Origin: Monocercomonoides exilis PA203
Lineage: Eukaryota > Protista > Preaxostyla
Length of the DNA: 64,000 nt
Direction: 5' to 3'
Assembly: GCA_001643675.2 (NCBI GenBank)
Contig: LSRY02000007.1
Coordinates: forward strand, 1,426,001 to 1,490,000
Below the pieces are notes generated by a model. That model was not told where the DNA came from. It did not search any database and worked only from the letters and a program-made list of their open reading frames with translations. A program made the position numbers and the translations under genes. This document shows, piece by piece, positions 1-11,426 of the stretch. Each line of letters starts with the position of its first letter. Within the stretch, counting starts at the first letter, position 1.

Positions 1-3000
1 TAAACCCACGATATTCTCCTTTTTTTCAGTATTTTTCTGATGATGGAAAGCCAAGCATATTTGTTTATGGAGGAGTTGATTACAAAGATGATATTCTTTC
101 TGATGCTTACGTTATCACTCTTGAACCTCTTTTTGTCACTCTCATTCAAATACCTTTGGAAAGCAAAAAGCCAACAGTTAAATTTTTTGCTCAATTCTCA
201 TTCAATAATACGTTGTATATTTGGGGTGGATGTCAAGATTCAAGAATCTCAAATGAGCTTTGGTCATATAATTTCTCATCTCATGAATGGAAAGAAATGG
301 ATCAAGGAGATTTGATTCCCGAAGGTCGATATTCAATGGCGTATGCGACTGGTGACAATAGACTGTATATTTTTGGAGGAATAAGTGCTAATGGACTTTT
401 GAATGATTTATGGGAATTTGATATTCAGACAAAACAATGGAGAGCATTGAAGATAGATTCTGGAGCGAATGATCCTGAGCCATGCAGCGGAGCGGGAATG
501 TTCATTTCAAATGAGTATGCTGTAGTTTTTGGTGGAGACACAGATAGAGAAGAAGTTTACACGATCAAAATGTTCAGAGTGAAGATTGATGTGATTTCTC
601 CTCAATCTTGGGAAGAGGTGAAGATAGCAAACTTAGATGGAAGTGAAAGCATTATTCCAGTATCAAGATCAAATTTTGGACATGCAACACGTGTTATTTC
701 AAACGAAACATTTCTATATTTATTTGGTGGTTGGAAATCCAATAGTTTATTTGATGGATGTTACTCAATTCTTCTTTTTAATTGCAGTCAAGTTGGATGT
801 GACGTTAAAGGGAGGATCATTGCAACCTATAAGGAAATAAAGTTAAGAGAAAACCCACAAGATTATTATCTTTTTGGTAATTGTGGATGCACCATTGATG
901 AAGAAGGAAACGTATTTATTCTTGGAGGAAGAATGAATTCATCATTGTATTCTGATTTGATTGCTATGGTGAAAGATGATTTATCATTCAAAATAACAAC
1001 GAAAGAGATAAATTCTGAGGAGGCTTACGAGCGAAGAGAAAGATTCAAGAAGAAAAAACTGCATAATGAAGGTAATTCATCAATATTTGAAAGACTTGGA
1101 ACCAAACGATCTGAAATCTTTCCATCTTTTTCAAAGAGATCAAATGAAAGATCAAGGAATATCTGTGAATTGGAAAATAATAATTCATCTCACTTTTTGA
1201 GCATGGATTCTTCTTCAACTGTTTATGGAATACATTTTATTTGGTTGACCAATGTGCATGATCTGTCACCTTCTCCTCGAGTCAATCCAATTGTTGGAGT
1301 TTACAATGGTTTTTATTTTGTGTATGGAGGAAGAAATCCAATTTCTGGAGAAATTTTTAGTGATGTTTATTTATTTTCTCCAGAATATCACATATGGAGT
1401 AAGTTTTTTCTGAATGTTTCTTCCGAAACTCCTCCAGCAAGGGAGCTCGCTTCGTGTTGTGTTGACAATGATCGCATATTGCTTTTTGGAGGGTTGGGAC
1501 AGAATCAGAAAACAGGAAAAGAAGAGCCATCCAATGAATTATGGGAATATTCTTTTTCAGCTTTATCTTGGAGGCAGTTGGGGAAAAACTCCTTCATAAA
1601 GCCAACACCTGTATATGGAGCATCTGCTGCAATGTACATTGATTATTTAATTATTGCAGGGGGAAAGAAAGCTGATGGAACGTTTTGTGAAAGCAGCTAT
1701 ATCTTCAACTTTGCAAGTGATAAATGGGAATTGCACGTGGCAAATGAAAAATTTTTTAAATCATCTGTTTTGGTAAAGAAAATGCTTCCAAAATCGAAAA
1801 AGAATATTTCATTTTCAGAGCAGAAAGATATCATAAGTGGAATTCATTTTCAAAACAAAACAAATTCATTGAAATCAAATTCAAATGACTTCGATAAATT
1901 GTTGACTGATAAAGAGAAGAGTTCAAGAGACACAAGTTTGGATATTAGTGCAAGCAGTTCAAGAAGGAATCAAATCCTTTTTTTATTCGGTGGTGATGTT
2001 GGAACAAGACCTTTTTTTGGGATAAATGGGAAAAATATTTATGAGCAATTCAGCAAGAGTAAAAATGGATCAAAATCAGAAAATCAAAACTCAACGGAGA
2101 AATCATTGCCTATTCATAATAATGAATTGCACATTAATGATTTTGATGACATTGAATTTCATGGAAATTTTGGTGGAGTGGCCTTATCATTCGATAACAT
2201 TATTATGATGTTTGGCGGAAGGAAAAGAAACGTTGCTCAGGACACATTCAAATTCATAAGAATTTTCGAGAATTGGACTTTTAATGCATTCGAAGATAAT
2301 GGAACGTTCCTTGCAAACAAAATGCATCTTGACATTGTTGAAGCTGGATGCACAGTCCATGATAGAAAAGTTATTTGCTTTGGAGGAAGACAAATTGATG
2401 AAAAAAGAACGATTATGCCAGCAGCTCTTGACACATTTCGAATTATAAGGCTCAATGAAAACCTTGTTCCTTGCTCGCCAGGTTATTATTTGAGCAAGAA
2501 TGGAAATTGTGAACTTTGTGAAAATGGAAAATTTACAGATATTTATGGAAAAAACGAATGTGAAAAATGCCCTTTAGGAACATATAGAAATTTGAACGGT
2601 TCAATAGTTCCAAATTGCCTTCCTGTTCCAGCTGGAAAATTTACAAATACTGAAGGAGCTTATGTAATCTATAATGAATCATATGGAATAGAAAATTGCA
2701 CCGAAGACCAATATTGTCCAATTGGATCGGCTTCGACAAATAATAAAGATCCTCATTTGGAAACTCTAAGAAATGAGCAACCAAAGCCTTTGGAATTAAA
2801 TTCTATGAAAGAAATTGGTTTGATGGTTGGACTTTATCTGGGATCCATCTTCGTTGGCGTGGTTGTAGTTTTAATTCTTTTATGCTTACCAACAAAATCA
2901 TATCTGTACAAACTCGACAATTATTCTGACAAATACGTTGACTCTCTTGATCGGGATACTCATTCAGCAATTAAGCATATCAAAAAAACAACATTTGGAG

Positions 3001-4185
3001 GTTCTGTTTCAATTGTAGCGATATTTTTTGTGATTGGAGCATTAGTTTCTGTTCTTTTGACTTTTTCATTTTTTAACACAAATGAAACCAGAACAACATT
3101 GGATGTATCAATGGATGAGAATGCAGATGTTTCAAAAATAACCAATAAACAAGTGAAGTTGGAATTGATTCTAAAAGACTATACAGGTTACTGCATCGGT
3201 CCTCCAAAAGATACAGATAGAAAACAATCCGGAAAGTGTTCTGATTATTTGGGATTAGGAAAAACAACATTTGATGCATTTGGTATGTATTTTATTTCTT
3301 TTTGTCTGATGTCTAATTTTCATGAATATGTATTTTTTTATTTATTCATTTTATATTTATATTTTATTTTCATTTTTCAAATCGAACTTCAAAGATTGGT
3401 ATGATAATAGCAATCAAAATGAGAATGTAAATGTTTCAATAGAATGCACACAAGTTCCATCAATTAATCATTTCCACACTTACACACATGATTGTGAGAT
3501 CACTCTTACTGCAAAAGATGTCAAATTGTTTTTCGAAAATTCGCAAGCAATGTTTTTTTCGTTGTTTTCTTCTGAAAGAGAGGCTTCTTGCCGTGCAATT
3601 AAAGTTCATGCATCTGTTGATTCAGCAGTACCAAAGCAAAAAAAGAAAAAAGGTGAATTAGATAATTATCAATCCATAATTGAAGATATTTTCGTAAGTG
3701 ATGAAGAACATGTGTTGCACGGATCAAATCCATCAAATATTACCATTGAGCTTATACCTTCAATTTTCAAGGACGAAACAAAGAAAAAGAAAGAAGAGCA
3801 GCTTGGTAAAGGTCATCTCATAAACCACATTTCATTTGAATGCGGTTCATTGGCAAATAGTTTAAATATATTTTCCACAATGGGATTTGGATTCAACGTT
3901 TTTTTGAAACTGGAGAAAACTGTAGCCATAACGCAGCGTTCTTACAAGATCACTTTTGGAATGCTAATAACTTCACTTGGAGGGACATTTGTGTATTTGG
4001 GATACTTTGGAAATATTTTGCCAATATTTGAAACATTAATGAATGTCAACTGGCCATGTGGAAGGAGAATGAAAAAGAAAATTTCCTCTGTTTTCCATGA
4101 CTCTTCAAAGAAACTGAGCAGGAGATCAGCATATCGCGAGTACGAAGAGGAAATGAAAACTGCACTCGATGAACACATCACCTAA
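1..4185 (+). CDS. Kelch-repeat membrane protein with Cys-rich (TNFR/ephrin-receptor-like) segment and 3 predicted TM helices; 5' end outside window; intron 3283-3394
   Basis: Frame open from base 3 (IFVYGG...). Repeated Kelch motifs (LYIWGG, LYIFGG...NDLWEF, ILLFGG...NELWEY), then CSPGYY...CELCENGKF...CPLGTY, then hydrophobic helices. A GTATGT...AAAG intron joins ORF 156..3404 to ORF 3322..4185 in frame (F-D-W-Y). Confidence 0.85.
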
Positions 4186-4528
4186 AGCATAAATTGTTAT
4201 CTCTCGGTTTTTCTGACAACAATTTTATTGGAAGATAAATATTTATTGTTATTCAATTCTTTAGAATATTGCTTTTTCAGAAAATACTATTTACTGAATG
4301 GATCGAACTGATACTTCCATTGATCAAACATATTTTTAGATAATTTTAATATTTTGAATTAAAAAATATGTGTTTGATTGATTTTCGAGGTTGATGACTT
4401 TGTTCGATGAATATTTGTTGATCACACTCAGAAAAGGCTAAAATGAAAGTGTTTACAACGTGAACGAAGTTGATCAATTTTCAAATTTTTTTCTTAAATT
4501 TATTAATTATTATAGCTTATTTCAAATA

Positions 4529-5493
4529 GGGTCAGAAATTTATCGGTACCCAAAAAATTAATCGGGACCTAAATTTTCTGACTCTCCAGAGCACTTTTAG
4601 AAAAAATTAAATAATAGAAAATTTTTAATATATTATCATATACTATTTCAGAAAATATTTTTTCATATTTTAATTTTTGTGAAAAAATCTGGTGTTTTTT
4701 GTTTTATTTTTCTGATCAAAGACTTGCTCGTATTTTCACGAGCTTTTTGTTTTGAGTGTTTTGAGTTATATCATTGTTAATAAACTGAACTTTTTTATGT
4801 TTTTGGTTATTTTTTGTTATTAAACACTTCGTTTTTTTATTATTTTTTCCATTTCACTAAATTTCAACAAAATGAAGAGTACATTTAAATAAATAAGTTT
4901 TTTCGTTAATTCAAAAGGGTAAATATATAAATTATCAACAAATAAAGGTATTCAAAAAGAAGAAAATCTGGAAATTTTATTGATCGAGATTATTTTACAA
5001 AAAAACATGTTATTGTGTATTTTTGTGTTTAAAACTTCAAATCATATTTTTTCATTTCAAAATTAAGGTGATACACATATCAATCAGTTTTATAACAATT
5101 CATCATTGAACAAAAACATGGTAACTCTTATTTCACAATTTTTTTAAAATTTTATCGATATTTAGTGAAATGGAAAAAATAATAAAAAAACGAAGTGTTT
5201 AATAACAAAAAATAACCAAAAACATAAAAAAGTTCAGTTTATTAACAATGATATAACTCAAAACACTCAAAACAAAAAGCTCGTGAAAATACGAGCAAGT
5301 CTTTGATCAGAAAAATAAAACAAAAAACACCAGATTTTTTCACAAAAATTAAAAAATTAAAAAATATTTTCTGAAATAGTATATGATAATATATTAAAAA
5401 TTTTCTATTATTTAATTTTTTCTAAAAGTGCTCTGGAGAGTCAGAAAATTTAGGTCCCGATTAATTTTTTGGGTACCGATAAATTTCTGACCC
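4529..5493. mobile_element. Non-autonomous foldback/MITE-like element with 334-bp terminal inverted repeats (4529-4862 / 5160-5493) and ~297-bp spacer
   Basis: GGGTCAGAAATTTATCGGTACCC... at left and ...GGGTACCGATAAATTTCTGACCC at right. Arms near-identical (about 2 mismatches seen). No coding capacity and no clear TSD. Confidence 0.85.
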
Positions 5494-5771
5494 GATATTA
5501 GTAATTTTTTCTGAAATTAATCATTTTCAATAATAATAAGATGATTTCAATATTTAATTGAAATTCAATGAGATGAATTTAAAAAAATAGAAAATAGCCA
5601 TTGAATAGAGAATTGACTTTCATTCTTTTAAAGGTCTGGCTTCATTGTTATTGAATTGCAAACAATTCTTCAAAAAGATATTTCATGCAAATGTCGAAAA
5701 TCCGGTTTTATCATGATCATGAAGAGAGAAATGGGATGAAATGTTAGGTTTTGTGAAAAAAAACAAAGACT

Positions 5772-6041
5772 TGGGGGAGAAAATGAAACTTCAAGCTTTT
5801 TCATTGATAAGCTTTGCACTTTTTTCGACTTTAAGTGATAAAGAATAATAAAAAAAATGAATGCATTTATTGATATATGTGCGAAAAAATGAAACATTCT
5901 ATTGAAATATCAGTGACACCTAATGACAGATATGAAAATCCTCTTTATTTTGAAATCTGAGAGAGTTTAGTGAAGTAATGAGTGAAACAATTTTTTTATG
6001 CTATGTGCAAAAAAATGCTTGAAAGTTCAAATTTTCCCCCA
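5772..6041. mobile_element. ~270-bp MITE (family A, copy 1)
   Basis: Imperfect TIRs TGGGGGAGAAAATGAAACTTCAAGC / GCTTGAAAGTTCAAATTTTCCCCCA. Collinear similarity over its length to 47177-47444. Confidence 0.65.
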
Positions 6042-6599
6042 TTTGTTTTTATTTTTTCAAAAATTATATCATTACAAGTTTTGATTTCCAGTGCTAAAAA
6101 TAACATAAAATTCTTGAAATTGAAAAATATTAAAGAAATTATTGAGTGGATCAAAATTCATAAAGCAAAAATCATATTTGATATGATTTTCAAAATATTA
6201 ACCAACGTGGCAAAATTTGTCAGAAATTTTTATTGAGAAAAAATGAAAAAATATGTGTGAAAATATATTTTATCATATCTTTTTTCGGGGTGTCCGTTAT
6301 TCAAAGACTGAACGTTTTTTAATAGTTAATTTTTATTCAAAAGAGAAAAAGAATAATTGTTGTTTTTTTAGACGACAAGTCTTCACCAAATCAAAGATAA
6401 AAATGTCTTCAATAATTTTTTTCACTTTTCAATGTTCATTGATTAATATTCAAGAGAAATTTTTGAACCCAAAATTTTGAATGAAAAAAAATTGATTTCA
6501 AGAATCATCACCCATATGATAGAACAATTTACTTCAGGCATTTACAAAAAAAAAATAATGAACCACGAATGAACTTTTTGTAATCGAAAAAGACAAATA

Positions 6600-7026
6600 C
6601 AGCGAATCTCGGTTATTATCACCTCGGTTGAAATCAAGACTGCGAATAACCACATTTTTTCGCGCATCAATAAATTTTGCATTTTTCATGTGTTTTTTCA
6701 TCGGAAATAATCACACCAAAATCGCGAATAATCACAATTCTAGAAAAATAATTGGTATTTTTCTGTTTATTTTGAAATTTTTGAATAAATGAAAGTTGTT
6801 ATTTTTTTCTTTATTATTAACAATAAAGCACATTGAAACATTGAAATTTTTAAAAATCGAAGTGAATGTGTGTATTTCATCAAATATTGAAAAAATATTT
6901 TATTCTTCACAAAAGTTTAATTCAGAAAAAATTTTCAATGAAATAACAGTTTCAGTTATTATCAAGTTCGGTTATTATCACAAGAATTAGTGCAAAATGG
7001 ATTGTGATAAAAGTCGAGCTCAACTG
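6600..7026. mobile_element. Tc1/mariner-pogo-type MITE (family B, copy 1) with TA target-site duplication
   Basis: TA|CAGCGAATCTCGGTTATTATCAC ... GTGATAAAAGTCGAGCTCAACTG|TA, with subterminal TTATCAC/AATCAC repeats. Related to 48112-48561. Confidence 0.75.
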
Positions 7027-7589
7027 TATAATAGGATCATTTTCTGAAATACGCGTGACGTTTCAAAACGTTTTGTTGTGATATCAAAGATACCTGTTAA
7101 TAGACATGAGAATCCAATTTTTTGTCATCCGAATGGTTTTATATTGTTAAAAGAAATGTAAAAATTTTGTGCTTCGAGCAAAAAAAAGAATGAAAGTCCG
7201 AATTTTCCTTCAAATGAAAAAAATAATCAAATATTGTCTGATTTCTGTTCCCATTCAAGAAACTTCACTTAAATGTCTATTAAAGCATTTTGAAAAATTA
7301 CAGATTTCGTTTGAATGATGAATTTCGAATGTTTTCAAGATTTTCGATCAAATCATGAAATTTCAAGTTGTGCAAAAAATACCGGCAAGTTCCAAGAATA
7401 TGGACCATCGATAAAAAATATTTTATATATTTATAACGAAATAAAATGGAATATTAATTTATTTAAAATTAGTTATTTTTGTCGAAAAAGTGTTTTTGAC
7501 TATTTTCCATTTTCTTTTGATCTATCCCATAACATTTTCTTGTTAATAACAGGTTTGTAATTTTTGTTTATTTTTCGAAAAAAACTTTC

Positions 7590-8060
7590 TTCACACTTTA
7601 ATGTGCTTTGGATTAAACAAGAATCTATATTGCTTTTTATGACTTAAATCATAGAACGAAGAATCAGCTTTGCTTACAAACAGCGTTGTTCATTTTTATC
7701 TGGCGTCTAGTTATGATTACGGAGAAGGAAGGAAGAATGCACAATTTCTTTTGAAGCGAAGGAGGATGACATAGCTTAAAAGATGGAGAACTTTTCGTAA
7801 AATGGAGCAGTTGAGCTATTTTGATGGAGATTCAGAGAACAACTTTGAACGAAGAAATGACACAAGAATGTATAGAAATTTTTGTGAATGTTTTGGAAGG
7901 ATTGAAAGAAAAGAATAAAGAAGAAGAGAAAGAGAAAGAGGAAGAAAGAAGGAAAGAGCTGAAAGTGAAATGTTTAACTAGATGGAAGAAGGATACGAAG
8001 ATTGTATCATTTGGCTGTGCTGTTATATTTGTCACGGTGTTTATGGAGAATAACAATTGA
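7590..8060 (+). pseudogene. Decayed 3' fragment of an expanded helical/ARM-like hypothetical protein family (cargo copy 1)
   Basis: Translates as NEESALLTNSVVHFYLASSYDYGEG ... MEIQRTTLNEEMTQECIEIFVNV, with stops and frameshifts. Paralogous to the minus-strand cargo (NEEYV*LHSSIVQVFRDAKENHGEI ... EEVLLRTVREECATEYINFLEGV). Confidence 0.65.
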
Positions 8061-8559
8061 TAAATGATTATCCACATTCTTTTGTGTATAAATAATTTAT
8101 CTGCATTAACATTCACTTCATCTTTTTTTATTTTCTTTTTTGATGATATTTTGCGCAGAAAACTCATTTGGTCTGGAAATAAAGGAATTCAAATGAGCAA
8201 AATTAGATAAAAGTGTTTTTTTAAAGAATACCAATACTTTTCAAGAAAGATGAACTTTTGCTTTAAAGTATATAATTAATAATAAGAAATGAGAAAAATC
8301 AACAGGAAGAGAATCAAATTTACAGTATTTTTTTGTTAATTTTGAGAAAGAAAAAATTATAAAATATAATTTAAATCTCTTAACAAAAACAACTTAAACA
8401 ACATAAAAATCCAAAACTCTTTCAATAATAAGCATCTCTGCTTTTAAACCTGAAATTGTCATTTCGAAATAATGGAGGATTAGGAAAACAGGTTAGTTAT
8501 TTCACAGCTCTACTGATTTTTGAGTTGCAAAGTGAAATGCATCTGATTTCTTTTGATAT

Positions 8560-10005
8560 TCACAAAATAATCACAAACATTCAACGATAAACCACAAACG
8601 TAATTACTTTTTAAGAACCCTTAAGCTTCATGAAAGCTTGTGGTGATATCTTCGTGTCCTTCTTCTTCCATCCATTATACATCTTCTTTTTGGATGTCTT
8701 TCTTTTCGCTTCTTCCTTTTCATTCTCCGTCTTTTTTTTCGACTTTTCAATACACCTTCCAAAAAATTGATATATTCTGTTGCACATTCTTCTCTCACTG
8801 TTCGCAGCAGAACTTCCTCCAAAGCATCATCGACAGCTTCACTCTTCAGCAAATATTTTTCTTTCGCTGCTTTGCTTTCCGCTTCTTTTCTTGAATATTG
8901 AATGAATAACTTACCAATTTCTCCATGATTTTCCTTTGCATCTCGAAACACCTGAACAATGCTGCTGTGAAGTCAAACATATTCTTCATTCCTCAATAAA
9001 CAATTGCCACAATAAGTTCTCAATGTTTGCATTTATCTCAATAAAACAAGATCTTCTTTTGCCTCTTTTCCTTCCTTTTTTTCTTTTCTCTTCCAATCCA
9101 CATTTCTTTTCGGCTCTTCGATTTCTCTTCTTGCTTCTCTCACAAAATGCAATTCATTTGTGCTCACTTCATCAAAGATTTTGTCGTTGTAAAATCTGTG
9201 TAACAAAAAATCCAAGCAGACAAATATGTGAGTTGAGTCAGGTTGTAATATTCCTGATTAAATTTCAAAATATAAGCCATTTCCTTCATATCAAGCTCTT
9301 CAATCACAACGTGATAAAAAACATGAAATAAATCAATAATGAAAAAAAAGAAATAGACTTTCACACACGTAATAATTGTCAATGTTCCTAAAAGTCAATA
9401 AAGACATTTCCGCATCCTTTTGTACCTCCTCCCCTTCTTCTTTCTTCAATGTGGCTTTCAGATCACATCGCACACAAATGCGAAGCATTTCAGTTTTGGA
9501 GATGTAACTTTACGGCATATTGCATTCACAAATATGTGAATAAATATTTTCATTTTTTTCCTCTTTTTTCTTATCTTCATCAAATCAGCTTTATCAATCA
9601 ATCGCTCAACGACGATATTCTTAATCCATTGTTATTCTTGATTTTCAATACCCTGTTATATCCTAAGTGCTTAAACAACAAAATAACATTCTCCAAAGTC
9701 AGTTTCTTAACTTCTATCATTTTTTCTATTTTGTTGAATGTTTCTTCGTTGATAATGGATTCAAGTTAATAAAAATTCATTTCTTCAATAAATTCTTTCA
9801 TTTCTTCAATAAATTCTTTCATTTCTTCAATTTTCTGTTTCTTCTCAGTTTCAGTAAATTGTTTTAATTGGAAAATTTCTCTGAAAAAATTGAAAAATCA
9901 AAAGAGAAAAAAGAAGCATTTATTTAAATTATCATTCTTTACTAATAAATTCAAGCATACCCAGAAATATTTTTTTGTTTTAGAGAAACTGTGAAATCGC
10001 AACAT
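8560..10005 (-). pseudogene. Near full-length decayed, intron-containing member of the same hypothetical protein family (cargo copy 2)
   Basis: Broken ORFs 8628-8951, 9033-9215 and 9164-9382 are collinear (QEYYNLTQLTYLSAW, NELHFVREARREIEE, VFRDAKENHGEI). ATG at 10005 and a GTATG...TTTTCAG intron at ~9960-9881. 21-bp tandem repeat (IEEMKEF) at ~9775-9830. Confidence 0.7.
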
Positions 10006-10450
10006 TATTTCAAAATAGCTCAACTGCTCCATTTTACGAAAAGTTCTCCATCTTTTAAGCTATGTCATCCTCCTTCGCTTCAAAAGAAATTGTGCATTCT
10101 TCCTTCCTTCTCCGTAATCATAACTAGACGCCAGATAAAAATGAACAACGCTGTTTGTAAGCAAAGCTGATTCTTCGTTCTATGATTTAAGTCATAAAAA
10201 GCAATATAGATTCTTGTTTAATCCAAAGCACATTAAAGTGTGAAGAAAGTTTTTTTCGAAAAATAAACAAAAATTACAAACCTGTTATTAACAAGAAAAT
10301 GTTATGGGATAGATCAAAAGAAAATGGAAAATAGTCAAAAACACTTTTTCGACAAAAATAACTAATTTTAAATAAATTAATATTCCATTTTATTTCGTTA
10401 TAAATATATAAAATATTTTTTATCGATGGTCCATATTCTTGGAACTTGCC

Positions 10451-10834
10451 AAAATACCGAACATCGCAAAAAATATCGGACAAGATCGATTTCACAAAAA
10501 CTGCAAGTAGAATAATTCTGCAAATTTTCCTCAAAACACATCTCATTAATGCAAATTTATTTAAAAAACAAAACTTTCAAAATTGCTTCATTTGTGCTTC
10601 AAATAAAAAATTATTACTAAAAATCTCGGAGAAAAATGATTTTGATTTACTCCGTTATTTCAAAAATTATTTTTTTTGCGCACAAATGAGGCTATTTTGA
10701 AAATGTTGTGAATAAAATGAATTTGCATTAATGAGATGTGTTTTGAGGAAAATTGTCAGAATCATTCCTCTTGTAGTTTTTGTGAAATCGATCTTGTCCG
10801 ATATTTTTTGCGATGTCCTGTATTTTTTGCACAA
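10451..10834. mobile_element. Older foldback MITE whose left tip (7368-7383) was separated by the 3-kb insertion
   Basis: 10451-~10605 is an imperfect inverted repeat of ~10672-10834. Joining 7368-7383 to 10459 gives TTGTGCAAAAAATACCGAACATCGC, matching the reverse complement of the right end, TTGTGCAAAAAATACAGGACATCGC. Confidence 0.8.
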
Positions 10835-11426
10835 TTTGTTGTTTGTGATTCTCATTTCGTTTTGATGTAAAGAAAGTTCCAATCTTTTTTTGGAAAACGG
10901 ACATCCTCGCAAACAATTGTGAAAACCTGATATTTCTTTTTCCAGGTTTGATAAAATGAATTTTTTACACTCTGGATATCGGAAATAAATCCCTGTAATC
11001 GAAATTGTTGTGAAGAAAACTTCATTGATAATCGCAAATTATATTGTGAAACAAAGGAAAAAATTGAAAAAAAATTTTTTAATAGAAAAATGATCTTTGA
11101 AAAAAATATAATGAATATATATATATATATATATAGATATATAGTGAATATTGTTAATTTTATATTTTCGCAATATTTTCGAAAAAAAACATCTTTTTCC
11201 AATAAATAAAAGTTCAATATAAAATTTTTGATGATCTCAGTCTTCAAAGTTTTTTTCCTTCACAAGAAGGTGTTGGTTTTTTATTTTCAGTTGATAAATA
11301 ATTATTCTTTTTCATTTCAGAATAACAATGAAAATAATAATTTTTTATATGATCGATAAATTTTTCATATAAAGGGTTGTTCTTTTGATCAATTTGTTTT
11401 GATTCACAAAATCTTCTTTTATTGAA

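Larger units (their letters stand above)
7384..10450. mobile_element. Non-autonomous long-TIR DNA transposon (Merlin- or MULE-like, 'Pack' type) carrying host gene fragments
   Basis: 441-bp inverted arms 7384-7824 and 10010-10450 (GGCAAGTTCC...GGAACTTGCC), flanked by an exact 8-bp direct repeat AAAATACC (7376-7383 / 10451-10458). No transposase ORF inside. Confidence 0.9.

Noticed and set aside
7315-7560. Near-identical 'proteins' at 7315-7560 (+) and 10274-10546 (-)
   Set aside because: Translation of the TIR arms, not genes.
9775-9830. 21-bp tandem repeat as a possible CRISPR-like array
   Set aside because: No spacers. It is a coding slippage repeat (IEEMKEF) in the cargo pseudogene.
6286-10909. 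Possible outer TIR pair CGGGGTGTCCGTT (6286) / AACGGACATCCTCG (10896-10909) enclosing the nest
   Set aside because: Match is only about 12 bp, with no TSD and no extension.
11115-11142. (TA)n run; also poly-C at ~41475-41488 and poly-A at ~61134-61160
   Set aside because: Simple microsatellites or homopolymers with no associated structure.
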